This document shows, piece after piece, positions 24,187 through 38,700 of a DNA stretch of 64,000 nucleotides. The stretch spans positions 4,896,389 to 4,960,388 of the forward strand of contig NW_003314262.1 in assembly GCF_000143415.4 (NCBI RefSeq), given 5' to 3'. The notes under the pieces were generated by a model. It was not told where the DNA came from and ran no database searches. It saw only the letters and a program-made list of their open reading frames with translations. Source of the stretch: Selaginella moellendorffii (Eukaryota > Plantae > Lycopodiophyta). The position numbers and the translations under genes are program-made. The first letter of the stretch is position 1. Each line of letters opens with the position of its first letter.

Positions 24187-26478
24187 TCAAGCGTTCAATC
24201 TTTGCATTTGGACTCCAGTTTGCTCCGAGGAAGAAGCCTTCGCAGCTCCGGGATCGTCATCGGCGCTGGCAGCAGTGGCAATCGCAGCAGCTTCCGCAAC
24301 ATCTGGCGCCGCTAACACTAGCGGAGGAGGTGCCGGCGCCGCTTGCGCGCCGCCACTCTCCAAGTCATGCTCCTCCTGATCACCACACCGATTCCCAAAG
24401 AACTTCCTCCCACTCCTTCTCGGCCGCTGCTGCTGCTGGAATTGGTGATTCCTCGCGTGATTGTGCAGTGGATTCAAGTTCTCCACCGGATAGTAATCCT
24501 CCCCGACTGCCCGGAGCATATGATAGACCTCGTACATGGAGGGCCTTTCCTTTGGGAAGGATAGAACACACGAGCACGCGATCTTGAGCACTTGCATCAC
24601 CTCCCTCCGCCGCCCGGAGCTTCCGTTGCTGCTATCGCCATTCCCCGCCGCCAGCAGCACCGACGCCTCCGCCACCAGCGACGGATCCACCGCCTCGGAG
24701 ACATGGCCGCTCTTGAAGAGCTCGCCAATCCAATCCACCAGGCTCCTCCTGGAGGAAGAAGACCGCGCGGCAACTCCACCCTCACTGTCACCTCCACCAT
24801 CACCACTGTCACCGCCACCACCACCACCGCCGCCACCGCCGCCACCGCCGACGCCAGCGTTACCATCGTTGGGCCGCCGCCCAGTCACGAGCTCCAGCAA
24901 CACGACCCCAAACGCGTAGACGTCCCCCTTTGGTGTCGCGGTCGTGGACGCGGCGCTCATGCTAGTCGCCCGCGACAGTGAATACGTCGTGGAGTAGTCC
25001 TCGGGCGGCACGTAAAAACCATCCTCGTCACTGTTACTCTTACCGCCGGCGCCACCGGGCCTACCGCGCCCGGTAACTATTAGCCTGGCCAGGCCGAAGT
25101 CCGTGATTCGCGGCTCCAGGTCCTCGTCCAGTAGAATGCTGGCCGAGGTGATACCTTTGTGGACGAGTCGCGGGTTACAGCTGTGGTGAAGCCAGGCAAG
25201 CCCGCGGGCGGTACCCACCGCCACCTTAAGCCGCGCGGCCCAGTCGAGCCGCCCCGAGGTGGAGCCGGAGGAGCTGTCGCCCGGAGTGGATGCCGCGGCG
25301 GTATGCAGCCGGTTGTAGAGGTTACCGCACGGCATGTGTTTGTAGACTAAGAGGCGCTCGTTGCCCGCGATGCAGTAGCCGAGGAGGGGCACAAGGTTGC
25401 GGTGGCGGACCTTGGCCAGGGCCTCCATCTCCGATCGAAAGTGCTTCTCGCCCGCGCTGTGCATGGCGGCGCGGCGGAGCTTCTTCACCGCCAGGACGGA
25501 GCCGTCACGCAGCGTCGCCTTGTAGAACACTCCAGTCCGGGACATGGCGATGACGGCGTCGCGGGAGAATCCGGCGGTAGCGGCGGCGATGTCCGAGAGC
25601 CGGATCTTGACGATGGGCTGCTCAAACATGGAGACGAGCACAGCGCTGGGCGACTTGATCCGCCGGAGCCACGCGTTATCCAGGAGCTCCTCCTCCAGCT
25701 CCGCGCCACTCTTGCGCCGCCGCCGCTGCCCACCCAGTGCCACCCAGCAGCAGAGGAAGCACGCCGCCAGCAGCGCGAGCGTGCCGCCGGCGGCGACGCC
25801 GGCCACCACGGCGGTCCGGGCCCGTGCCGCGCGGTGCGCCGCCGCGGCGCCGGCGGCACCGCCCTTGCAATTGGCGCCCAGCGGCGCGCCGCACAGCGCC
25901 TCGTTGCCCGCGAAGGAGAGCTCCGTGAATGCGTGGAATGTGTATGGAATCGGCCCCGAGAGGCGATTGTCCGCGACATTGAAATCCCGGAGGCGAGGGA
26001 GGAGCCCAATCTGGCCCGGGATCCCGCCCTCGAGCCGATTCCTCTGGAGGCGCAGCTGATTGAGGTAGAGGCACTGCGAGAGATCCTGGGGGATGATCCC
26101 GGAGATGTTGTTCTGCGAGAGATCGAGCTTGACGAGGTAAGGCAGCATCTGGCAGAGATCGGCAGGGATTGGCCCCGTGAAGAAGTTGCTCGAGAGATCC
26201 AGGCCAGTGAGGCTGCTACACTTCCTGAGACCTCGCGGGAAGGATCCATGGAGTCCAGCGCCGGGGAGGGAGAGACTATAGACCTTGATCTCCGAGGGAT
26301 GGAGGCACTGGACGCCCAGGAAGTTGCAAATGTTGGCAGCGCTGGTGTTGAAATCCCACGACTGGAGATACTCGCCCGCTGTGGTGACCGAGCTCTTGAT
26401 CTCGCGCAGGCACTCCACATCCTCCTGCGCCGCCACCGCCATCGCCAGGAGCGCTAGCACCGCTAGCCGCATTGCCAT
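24187..26478 (-). CDS. LRR receptor-like kinase, LRR-X / BIR-like, probable pseudokinase; intronless
   Basis: Signal peptide, EDVECL..IK LRRNT, ~5 LRRs, TM helix and the LVSMFEQPIVKIRLSD juxtamembrane motif typical of the BIR group. HRD is replaced by HKG. Confidence 0.9.
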   Translation of the reverse strand: MAMRLAVLALLAMAVAAQEDVECLREIKSSVTTAGEYLQSWDFNTSAANICNFLGVQCLHPSEIKVYSLSLPGAGLHGSFPRGLRKCSSLTGLDLSSNFFTGPIPADLCQMLPYLVKLDLSQNNISGIIPQDLSQCLYLNQLRLQRNRLEGGIPGQIGLLPRLRDFNVADNRLSGPIPYTFHAFTELSFAGNEALCGAPLGANCKGGAAGAAAAHRAARARTAVVAGVAAGGTLALLAACFLCCWVALGGQRRRRKSGAELEEELLDNAWLRRIKSPSAVLVSMFEQPIVKIRLSDIAAATAGFSRDAVIAMSRTGVFYKATLRDGSVLAVKKLRRAAMHSAGEKHFRSEMEALAKVRHRNLVPLLGYCIAGNERLLVYKHMPCGNLYNRLHTAAASTPGDSSSGSTSGRLDWAARLKVAVGTARGLAWLHHSCNPRLVHKGITSASILLDEDLEPRITDFGLARLIVTGRGRPGGAGGKSNSDEDGFYVPPEDYSTTYSLSRATSMSAASTTATPKGDVYAFGVVLLELVTGRRPNDGNAGVGGGGGGGGGGGGGDSGDGGGDSEGGVAARSSSSRRSLVDWIGELFKSGHVSEAVDPSLVAEASVLLAAGNGDSSNGSSGRRREVMQVLKIACSCVLSFPKERPSMYEVYHMLRAVGEDYYPVENLNPLHNHARNHQFQQQQRPRRSGRKFFGNRCGDQEEHDLESGGAQAAPAPPPLVLAAPDVAEAAAIATAASADDDPGAAKASSSEQTGVQMQRLNA

Positions 26479-27391
26479 ACCGCCGCCGCGAGCTACTGCA
26501 TAAAAGACGCACAACCCATGAGATCCTCTCCGCGACCCAGATGCTCGATCCCGACGCTGGACAGACCCAACAAGCCCGATTCCACGACCAGTGGCTCGAT
26601 CGATCGACCCACAGTCCCAATCACTCCAGCCGACCCATTAAGAGGGGGAAGAACACACATACCCGTGGCGCGAGATGATCGCTCGCTCGCTCCTTCTTCG
26701 TTTGTCTCCCTGCCTGGCCTAGGCCGCCATCGCCCTCTCGCTCAGAGCTGCCCACACGCACTTACCATTGCCATCACTGGGGAGAGAGAAGCGGGGATAT
26801 TCCCCGCATTTTCGCCATAGCCAGAGCAAGCGCACGAGTTTACACACTGGATGCTTCTCTCCCTCCTCTCTCTCTCCTTTGCGCTCCACTCCTCGAGATC
26901 GAGGCGATGTGGTGATTTAAACCCTACATTGTCTAGCTAATCGAGGAAGACCACACTGGAAAATCAAAGAAAAAGAATGGATTTGATGATCTCTCTCTCT
27001 CTTTCTCGTCTTTCTCTGTGACACTGTTCCACTGTTCTTCCCTGGTGCTCGCTTCTTCACAGCGACCAGACCACTATAATGGCTTTGACAGGGAAGCAAG
27101 CAAAGAATATATACTCTTCTTTTCTATGATTTGATGAGAACAAGAGCGCTTTTTTAGGTGGTGGCTAGAGTTACAAATCCCAGGCACGTGATGTTCTTGA
27201 TTCGATCAAAAACAAACCAAGCTCTGGCTATGGCGGAAGGAAGAAGCAAGAACACGGAAAGAGCCTCTTTAGTTTTTAGAAAGTTTGTATACCATTCATA
27301 GAAGAAGATTGAGATTGTCACAAGCGTTGTCACGGTATATTTACAGGTAAGTTTCGTTGTTCTTCTTCTTTGGTACTTGTCTTTGTTTCTT

Positions 27392-29160
27392 TCAATCGCG
27401 CTCGCTGTTGGTATTTGTGTTGTTACAAGGTGGGCCGCGAATGCGCTTTTGGAGGTGCTCCAAGCTCGCGACCCGTTGCATGGAAGGCGTGCGATTCATT
27501 TTGCTGCCACCACCTCCACTTCCGGAGTTTTCCTGCTGCGGGCTTTGATGATCTTGGTGGTGAGCGTGATCTTCCTCGTCGATGATTTGGAAAGCCGGAG
27601 ACTTCTGCTGATGCGGTCGGTTGCAGAAGTTCATCGATCCATTAGAGCCAGCTCTGGAGACGACGTTCTCGGCCATCTTCACCTGGATCACCTCAAAGCT
27701 GTGAGTAACGAAGAACCAAGGAAGTAAAAATGGGAATTTGTAAACCTTTGCTCGCAGAGCTTCAACGTCGGACTTGAGCACCCGGTTGTCCACGGCAGCA
27801 TCGCCAAACTTCTTGTTGATGTCGTTGAGTTGCTTGAGCAGCGTCGAGTTCTCCACTCTCAGCTGAGCAACTTGCATCTCGAGATCGCTCATGTGAGCTT
27901 GCTTCCGTCGCCTCGACCTTCTCGCGGACTCCCTGTTGGATAGCATCCTACGCAACAACCAAAAGTGTGAAAAATACTACAAACGAACAACGAATGAACT
28001 ACGATCGAAATAGTTGAGGAAGCATTAGACAAATCTAGTCACACACAAGGCACACACAAAGGCACAAACAACACGCAAACAAGAACAATGAACAACAGGC
28101 ATGAAGAGCAAGAGATAAAAAAAAGCTTCCATACCGTCTCATGCGTTTCATGTCGCTGGGCTCTGTCGATTGCTCCACAGTGCTGTGGTCTGCGTCCCCT
28201 TCCTCGTCATCGGAGTGCTCGCGGGAAGAACCACTGGTAGCTGATGGCTTGTCTTTGTACTCGGGCTTCGGAGGTAGAGCTGGAATCCCACCGGCGACCG
28301 TGGCGTTCTTGCTGCTCGAATCATTCGATCCTTTCCGGTTGCTGGCCTATACATCCCAAACAAAGATTAACTTCGGACTATCTCCAGCATACTCTCTGGC
28401 AAGCAAAGCTCATGGATAAGGACAACACAGGCGAAAGAAGTCACGTAAAGAAAAAACCAAAGCTCTGAAACAAATCCAAGGTTCTGCCAATGAATAACAC
28501 ACAGAAAAGCTAAACAAACCATGAAAGCAAACAACGAAGAAAATCTAGAAAGAAAGATGGCTAACGAGGAAAAGCTCACTGACAACGAAGATGAAATGAT
28601 CTCTAGCAATGAAGATCACACACCAGGATCTCTAGCAATGAAGATCATACACCACGAAGATGAAAGGATCTCTAGCAACGAAGATCACACACCACGAAGA
28701 AGGAACTACAATTCCCCCAAGAAAGCTATAGGCATACCCGTGTGAGAGCGACGGCGGCACACGCGAGCTCCAGCCTCTTCTTGAGATAATCCTGATACGC
28801 CTCTGGATCGAGCTGGCCGAATTTGCTCTCGCTGCTGGATAATCTCGAGAACAAGGGATCTAGCTGCCGATCCTCCACCTCTTCCACACCGCTCTCCTCT
28901 GTCACCGGCGCTAGCCTGCTCCCAATCCCAGCCCCTCCAGCAGCGCTGGCCTGCTGTGGCGCACCTGGAATGCTCGCAGATCTAGCTCCATCCCCCTCTT
29001 CCTGGATCGCATCGTCGTGCTCGCGAAGAAACTCCTGGAATGCCCATTCCGAGTCGCTGCGATTCATACCTCGCGCTTGCGCCGGAGGAGGAGGCGCCAT
29101 CGCTGCTCCTCCCGCGATGGAGGATGATCGTCGTCTAGACTCCACAGGTAAAACCCTCAT
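27392..29160 (-). CDS. Group C bZIP transcription factor (bZIP63/Opaque2-like), multi-exon
   Basis: [31 protein letters not shown], basic region [19 protein letters not shown], extended zipper [23 protein letters not shown] and C-terminal [14 protein letters not shown]. Confidence 0.93.
28598..28694. repeat. Intronic ~28-bp repeat x3 (GATCTCTAGCAAYGAAGATCAYACACCA)
   Basis: Copies at ~28598, 28627 and 28667 in bZIP intron 1. Confidence 0.85.
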
Positions 29161-29311
29161 CTCTTTGGGATTAAGTCAAACAAGAACAGCTCCTTATACA
29201 AACAAAAAGTAAAAGTGGCAAACGTGGCAAACGTGGAATTTGTATAATCGAAAGATCAAAGCTTGAATGTACAGGATAGAAGAAAAAAATTTCTCTTTTT
29301 CTTTGAGATTT

Positions 29312-32033
<2,722 letters not shown>

Positions 32034-32523
32034 GTCTTTCTCATCTCATCACGACTTTGATCGGTCAATCCAGACTGCTCGAGCCTTTCTACTCTGTAAG
32101 TAGCCTAGACTTTCTACTAAAACTAGTGGACATTCTCTTCCTCTCTCTTTCCTGAGGAACAGCGTTTCACGGGATTCGAAACCCAGACCGGTTCTATGCC
32201 GCGTCAAACACACCTAATCGACGGCGCAGGGCCCGCCACGTGGGCAGATGCTCTCGCGCGTTGACTGGGCATGGACCCGCGTTCTAGAATTGTATCCTAG
32301 CTTTGGGACAGAGAAATTTACGTGATCTTTTCCTTTGATGAAATGGTCATTTAGCAAAGATACACAAAATCCTCCACGTAAAGATCTTTTGATCTTATCA
32401 ATGGGCATTTAGCAAAGCTACACAAAAATTCCACATAAAGAATGTAAAGATATATCTATAGACAATGTCAATGTTGTATGGTTGAGGCTGTGTGTGTGTG
32501 TGTGTGTGTGGGGTTCTGGCCCT

Positions 32524-34766
32524 TTAGAAGTCGATCTCGTCAATGCCCAGCATTCTTGGGCCCGGGATGGTTTTTCCAATGGCTTTGCCGCAGAGAAGAA
32601 CGTTTTGCGGGATCCATGTCTCGGTTCTCGTGGAGTTCTCAGGATTAAACACGCGGGCATAGCCTTCCTGGCCCAGGTACTGGCGTCTCAAGCACTGGGA
32701 CCGGATGTTCCACATTCCTACGTTGTCTACCGAGAAGAGAATCGCCGTCCAGCCTCTCGGGTACACCTACAAGTTGATCAAAGTTGATAGTCAGCGAACA
32801 AAATTTCGTTTCTTTTAGTGTTTTTGGGTGATCGACCAACCTGTGTTGTGGAGCGTGAAACAGCGTCGACCAAGTTGTACTTGGATCGGCTGCTGGGCGA
32901 CCATGTTTCGTTGAATCCAAACCTGGAAGAGCAACCACAATGGATAAGTGATCCGATCCAATCGAGCCCGATCCATACCCGACCACCCAGAAGCTCATCC
33001 CGTCCAAATGCCACGACTGGATCTCGTTCTCCGGGTTGACGAATACGAGCTCCACAAAGCTCTTGTAATCCAGCTCGAGAACCGACGTCTCCATCACCGG
33101 CGAGCCCACGGCACTGGTTCGCATCGATCCCCGCGTGAAAACTCCGTCGATATTGTAGAAATCCGCGAGCTTGAGCGGGGTATCGGGTGTGAGATACGAC
33201 TGCCCGTTGATCGCGAAGCGCGCCTGGTTGTTTAGAGTCACGGAGGAGCTCGAGAGCTGGATCACTCTCGTGATGGGAATTTGGCCATAGTGGTAAGATC
33301 CTTGTGGGTTGGGCCGCGCGGCACCGGTGGTCAAATTCCACCTTAAAGAAGAAAAAGTGTCAGTGAGCTCGGGCAGGTTCTCGGTCATACCGCGCGGCAC
33401 TGCTCGGTCTGGCAAGACTGTACTGCGCGGTACTACTTACTTGATAGATAACGCCTGGTTTAGCGAAAAGTTGACGTCCAAGGGATCCGGGCCGGCCGGG
33501 ATGGTTCCAGATGCCGCAGTGTTGGAATTTTGGTAGTGAAGAATCGCGACGCCGTTGAGTGAGCCGGAGCTGAATTTGGTGCTTGCGACAATGTAGTAGT
33601 CCGCGGGGCTCTGATCCATAGTGACGAGCACCGAGTAGGATTGCCCGAGATGGATGTCGAGCGAATCGAAGCACGTCTTGGCGGTGTAGGAGCCCTCGGT
33701 TTCCACCACGCAGAGCTTGTGGGACTGGATCCGGACGTTGAGTGATTGGGCGGTTCCAACGTTTGAGATACGGAAGCGGTAGATCTTCCCTGCGAGATTG
33801 GAAATGCCCGAGTTGATCGATCGAGAAGTTTTTCGCAGGATCGAGTGGGAGTGATGCTTACCAGATTCGACAGTGAACTTCTCAAAGTTGGCATTGCTAC
33901 CACCCGCAATGTATGGTGCCTTGCCATTCATAAGAACAACGTTTGGTCTTCCAATGCCTTGGCTCTTATCCAGTCGTGATCGGCTCGACTGTTTAATCAC
34001 ACAAAGATTTGTCCACCAATCTTGATGTGAGATCGTTGCAACAAGAAAAAGAAAGAAAAAAAGAACGCACGCGTTCTTCCACTGACCCGATAGTCTCGAA
34101 GCTGCCAATCACCGGCCAAAAGCGTGAAATCGTCCGCGGGCGGTAGGAAAGGAACGGCAATCACTACGCGATTGGCGATCTGGATTCCACCATAGCCTCC
34201 CGCGGCCTTGTGGAAATTGATGGAAGGGTAGTAGAAGAAGGTCCCGATTTGATCCTTGACTTGGAAATTATACTGCCACGACTGGCCGGGCAAGATCGGG
34301 CAATTCGTTCCCGAGACGCCGTCTTGCCAGGATGATCGCCGCTGCTGGATCCCATTCCTGGATCATGGATCACGAGATTGGAAATGGATTAACGGAAACA
34401 AAACCGAAGTGATCATACCAGTGAAAGAGCAGGGGCTCGTCGAGGCGATTCGTCACGTTGATGTGGAGATTGTTGTTCGTGGTGGTCTTGATCGTGGGTC
34501 CTGGAAATTGGTTGTTGATCGCGATCACCTGGGAAGAACAATGTGAGATTTGAGACCCCAAAGAAACAGAGCATAGCAAATAGTGCGTGGTGTATGCGTG
34601 TGATGATTGATTGATTGATCGATCTTACTCTTTGTGTGGTGCCCAGCAGTGGCAAATTCTGAAATGTGACTACCCAGTCGAGGAACTGATCTGGATCCGC
34701 TGCCTGTGCCGTCGATGCTAGTGCAATAACTGCGAGAATCGCGAGGAATTTGGCGATGGCGGCCAT
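32524..34766 (-). CDS. SKU5-similar (SKS) multicopper-oxidase-like protein, without an evident GPI tail
   Basis: Signal peptide, INNQFPGP, WQDGVSGTNCPI, VKDQIGTFFY, WNLTTGAARPNPQGSYHYG and DNVGMWNIRS. Confidence 0.92.
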
Positions 34767-35516
34767 GTTTGTCGTCGTGAGGAACAGAGCACTCTGTTTG
34801 AAGAAGTGGCGGATCAAATTGTAGAATTCGAGAGCCTTTCCTATCAGAGCTGTTGAATTTCGCGGCCAAAGATCAAAGGCGATGGTGACCGTGGAGTTCC
34901 TCTGGCGATTTATAGCTGAATTTGCTGAGAGAAGGGGAATTTCAAAGAAGATGAAGCTTCAAAGCAAGATCGTGCGACTCAAGTTCCGCAATGAGCTGCG
35001 TCCAGCGCACATGAACTGATGGAGCGCCCAAAACAAAGTCGACGATTCAAGCCGAAGATTCTTGGCAGTAAAAACCGGAGTTGATGATAAAAAACACCTC
35101 ACAACTAGCACCAAAATTCATGAAAATTCCGCGCTTAGCCGCAAAGCCAGTTGATCGATCAAGTTACCGATCGACCTAGCTTGCAATTCCGGTGCGAGCG
35201 CGTGAGGTTTACTTGCAGCTCCGCGCCCGCTGCTTTGCACAGCAATTCCACGCGTCCTCTAGAACACACGCAGCGGGCGTGCGTGGGGGCTAGCGGCCGT
35301 TGGATGCACTTATCCGCCGGCCACGAATACATAGCGTGGCGATATCGGCACTGTTGGATGTTAACGCGTTGGACGGACAGTAGGCAAAAGAATAAATAGC
35401 CATGGCCACTGTTGCGATTGTGTCTATATGTTGTTTCTTTCTCAAGATGTTGCGTAAAGTAACGTGCATTGGATGAATGGATTAAAAGAGTCATATATAC
35501 GTGTGCCCTAAGTTTG

Positions 35517-35600
35517 AATTCAAACGTTGGAATATTCGAAAGCCCTAGAACAGAGTTTAATTCAAACGTTGGAATATTCGCATGCCCTAGAAGAGAGTGA
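35517..35600. repeat. ~42-bp tandem duplication in the divergent SKS/ABCG intergenic region
   Basis: AATTCAAACGTTGGAATATTCG...GCCCTAGAA(C/G)AGAGT occurs twice. Confidence 0.85.
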
Positions 35601-35789
35601 ATAGCGCGGGCCGGCCAAGAGGCTATGGGTGCCGTTTGTATCGCCGCTTGGACTCTCTAATAAATCCACGCTCGGGCTTTGAGCTGTAGCCAGCAACGCG
35701 ACGAGTTCGCGGACAAATCAACGCTGAAGCGTTTCTTCAATCCGTCGATCAATCAATCAATCGCTCTGGAGCTTTTGCCAAAAGGAAGA

Positions 35790-38700
35790 ATGGCGAGGCC
35801 AATCTGGTGGAAGGGCGATGAGGCAGTCACTCTGGATCAATCGCCCTCCCAGCGATCGTCCTATTATGGCGAAGAGGACGAGAACTACGATTTTAGCTTC
35901 CAGAGTAGCTTTCAGGCATCGCCCATGGCTAGAACGATCCACGCGACCTCTTCGCCAATGGGCAATGGCGGCTTCAGTCCCTCGCAGCTGGGCAATGGTC
36001 CGGATCGCGTGTTCGTGGTCCCTGTCCGGGGATCCGAGACGCCAATCACCAGGTCCAAGATTCCTCCTCCTCCGCGCGGCCGGATGGGCAGCACCACGCC
36101 TGAAATCGAGCGCCGGCTTGCCAATGCCGAGGCCGGCACCGTCCAGGGCGCTGCGCTGGAGATGTATCGGGTGCTCAAGAAGAATGGATTGGCCGCCCAG
36201 GCGGAGAAGGCGATCAAGCGGCTCAACAGTGGCATTAGCGGCGCGGCGGCGGAGGAATCCCTGCTGGGGATGGAATTCATCCTCAAGGATGGGATCGTGA
36301 GCTTCCTCAGGGAGCTCTCCAAGCTCGCGCCTCCAGTTCCTCAGCAGGTAAATCAATCGCTCGCGAAAATATTTTTAGGGTTCTTCATTTTCTCGTTGTC
36401 TACAGGTAGTGAGGTTTTCTGGCGTGCGCCTCAGCGTCTCGCAAGAACAGGCGCTGGGGTATGAGACATTCGGCGGCAAGCTGCTGGGATGCTTCTTGGG
36501 GCCGCTGCGGAATCTACTGCTGGACAGGAAGACGATCAAGAGGAAGATCGAGGTGCTAAAGGATCTGGATGGATTTATCATGCCCGGCAGCACTACGCTG
36601 CTCTTGGGGCCTCCCGGGAGTGGGAAAAGCTCGTTGCTCAAGGTATTTCTTCAGCCGCATTCATGTGTTTGCTTGGGTAGAATGTTCTTCTTTGGCGTTT
36701 TTTTCCTGGAATCCTTGATGGCCGTATTCTCATGATCTTGTTTCCTTCTTCGTTCAAGTTCTTAGATTGTTCCACCGCAAGGTTCTTCATTTGTCGTCTG
36801 GGATCTTTCTCTTTTAGTTTTTGTTTTTTGGTAATCAGCTTTCGACTTTTTTCAGGTGCTCGCCGGGCGATGTGAATCCAACAAAACCACTAAACTACAA
36901 GGAATAGTTTCTTACAATGACCGACTAGCTTCCGAGGTCGTGCTTACTCGACTCATTGCTTATGTCAATGGACAAGTGAACAGGTATTAAAAGCTTGTAA
37001 ATCTCCAGGTGCTAACATTGAGCGTTTCTTCAAGGCATTTGCCGTTTCTAACAGTTCGCGAGACGCTAGAGTTTGCTGGGGATTGCACGCAAGGGATCCG
37101 ACCAAAAAACTTCACTCCCAGCATGCGGAGGTACTTTGCTCAAGCTCTAGTGCAAGGGCAGGACCCATACCTGGAGTATGTTCTTCATGTTCTGGGGCTC
37201 AAGGCCGTGGAAGATAAGCTCGTTGGAATCGGCCAAGACGGTCTAAGTGAAACAAACAGGCACAGACTTACAAGTGCTGAGCTAGCAATCGGGACTTACG
37301 CAGTAATGATCTATGACCAGCCTTGCTACGAGCAGGACTCGCAGGCAACGTATGACCTCGTCTTCACCTTGCGTGCGATAAGCCGCATACAACGGTCTTC
37401 TGCGGTGATGTCGCTGGTTCAAGTATCTCCAGAAGTTTTCGAGCTTTTTGACCGGGTGATAGTCTTGGGAGATGGACAGATACTTTACCAGGGACCACGA
37501 CAAGACGTCTTGGATTACTTCTCTGTGCTGGGGTATGTTCTATAGCTTGGCTTTCGAGTTTATCTTAACATGGGATTTTTTTCTCGCTATGCAGATTTTC
37601 GAAACCGTCTCATGTTGACACAGCTGCATTCTTGCAAGACATTGGAGCAGGTGAAGGCGGTCAATACGTAAAAGGAAACCGGCAACTATATGGGATTGAA
37701 GAGCTCGTCGAGGCTTACAAATCCTCAGACTTGTACAAAGACATCGTCCGGATAGTGTCCAGTGACGATGTTGCGTTTACGTACTGGGTGGAGCATGAGC
37801 CTAGCATTGGTTTGTCAGTGCGTAAATCCTCAAACGGTGCAGGTAAAGTGTTTGGAAGTGTTTTATTTGTGTTTTAACCAGCCTTGTACATTCATTGCAG
37901 AGGTGGTAGTAAGTAGACTATCCACTAAAGTCGACCAAGCTCAAGGAATTGAGAGTACTGGGCATATCCAAGAAGGTGACATTGTCACTGGAATTTCTCT
38001 AAGGAACGGAAGGATGCAGTATATTGCAGTAGGATCGAAGATAACCCGGAAGAGCTATGCTGATGATATATCCAAGGTTTTGGAAGGGGCTAGAGGACAC
38101 GTCCGACTCCAAGTAGAGCGAAGAGCAACAGAGCAGGAAGTCGAGAGCTCACAACCAGCGTTTGTGCAAACCTGGTGGGAGTCGACAAAAACAGTCACCA
38201 AGCGTCAGCTACGATTTGCAACTCGTCTCAAGATACTTGTTATCTTGCGTCTCACTCAAGTTCGTATCGACTGTTCCTTTCTTCATTCATGCGTGATAAG
38301 TTTTACAGGTTGTGATCTTGGGCATTTTCGGGGGAGCTATATTCTATAACTTCGGTGGATCTCTTGATCCGGGAGAGATGAACATTGTTCGAGCGATCGG
38401 CTTTGTTTCTACTTTCAGTATTATGCTTGTCAACGTTGTTCAACTTCCGGTGCACATGATTCAGCGGCCGGTTTTTTACAAGCACAGAGCGCAGCGTTTT
38501 TTCAGAGTTTCCTCGTATTTAGCAGCTCAGAGCATCGTCAACCTTCCACAGTCTATTATGGAGGCAAGGCGCCCATTGCATTTTACTTGTGGATTCTGAC
38601 CTGGGATTTGTTGTGGCAGGCCCTTCTGTACAGCATTCCAGTGTATTTTCTTGCAAGACTTTCACTGGAAGAAGCTGGACTTCATTACATTCAGTTCTTT

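Noticed and set aside
25402-26457. Long + strand ORFs opposite the LRR-RLK (and similar antisense ORFs over CDPK, ABCG and RING)
   Set aside because: Shadow ORFs of GC-rich coding sequence.
32489-32509. (GT)n microsatellite; also (CA)n near 57905
   Set aside because: Common simple repeats.
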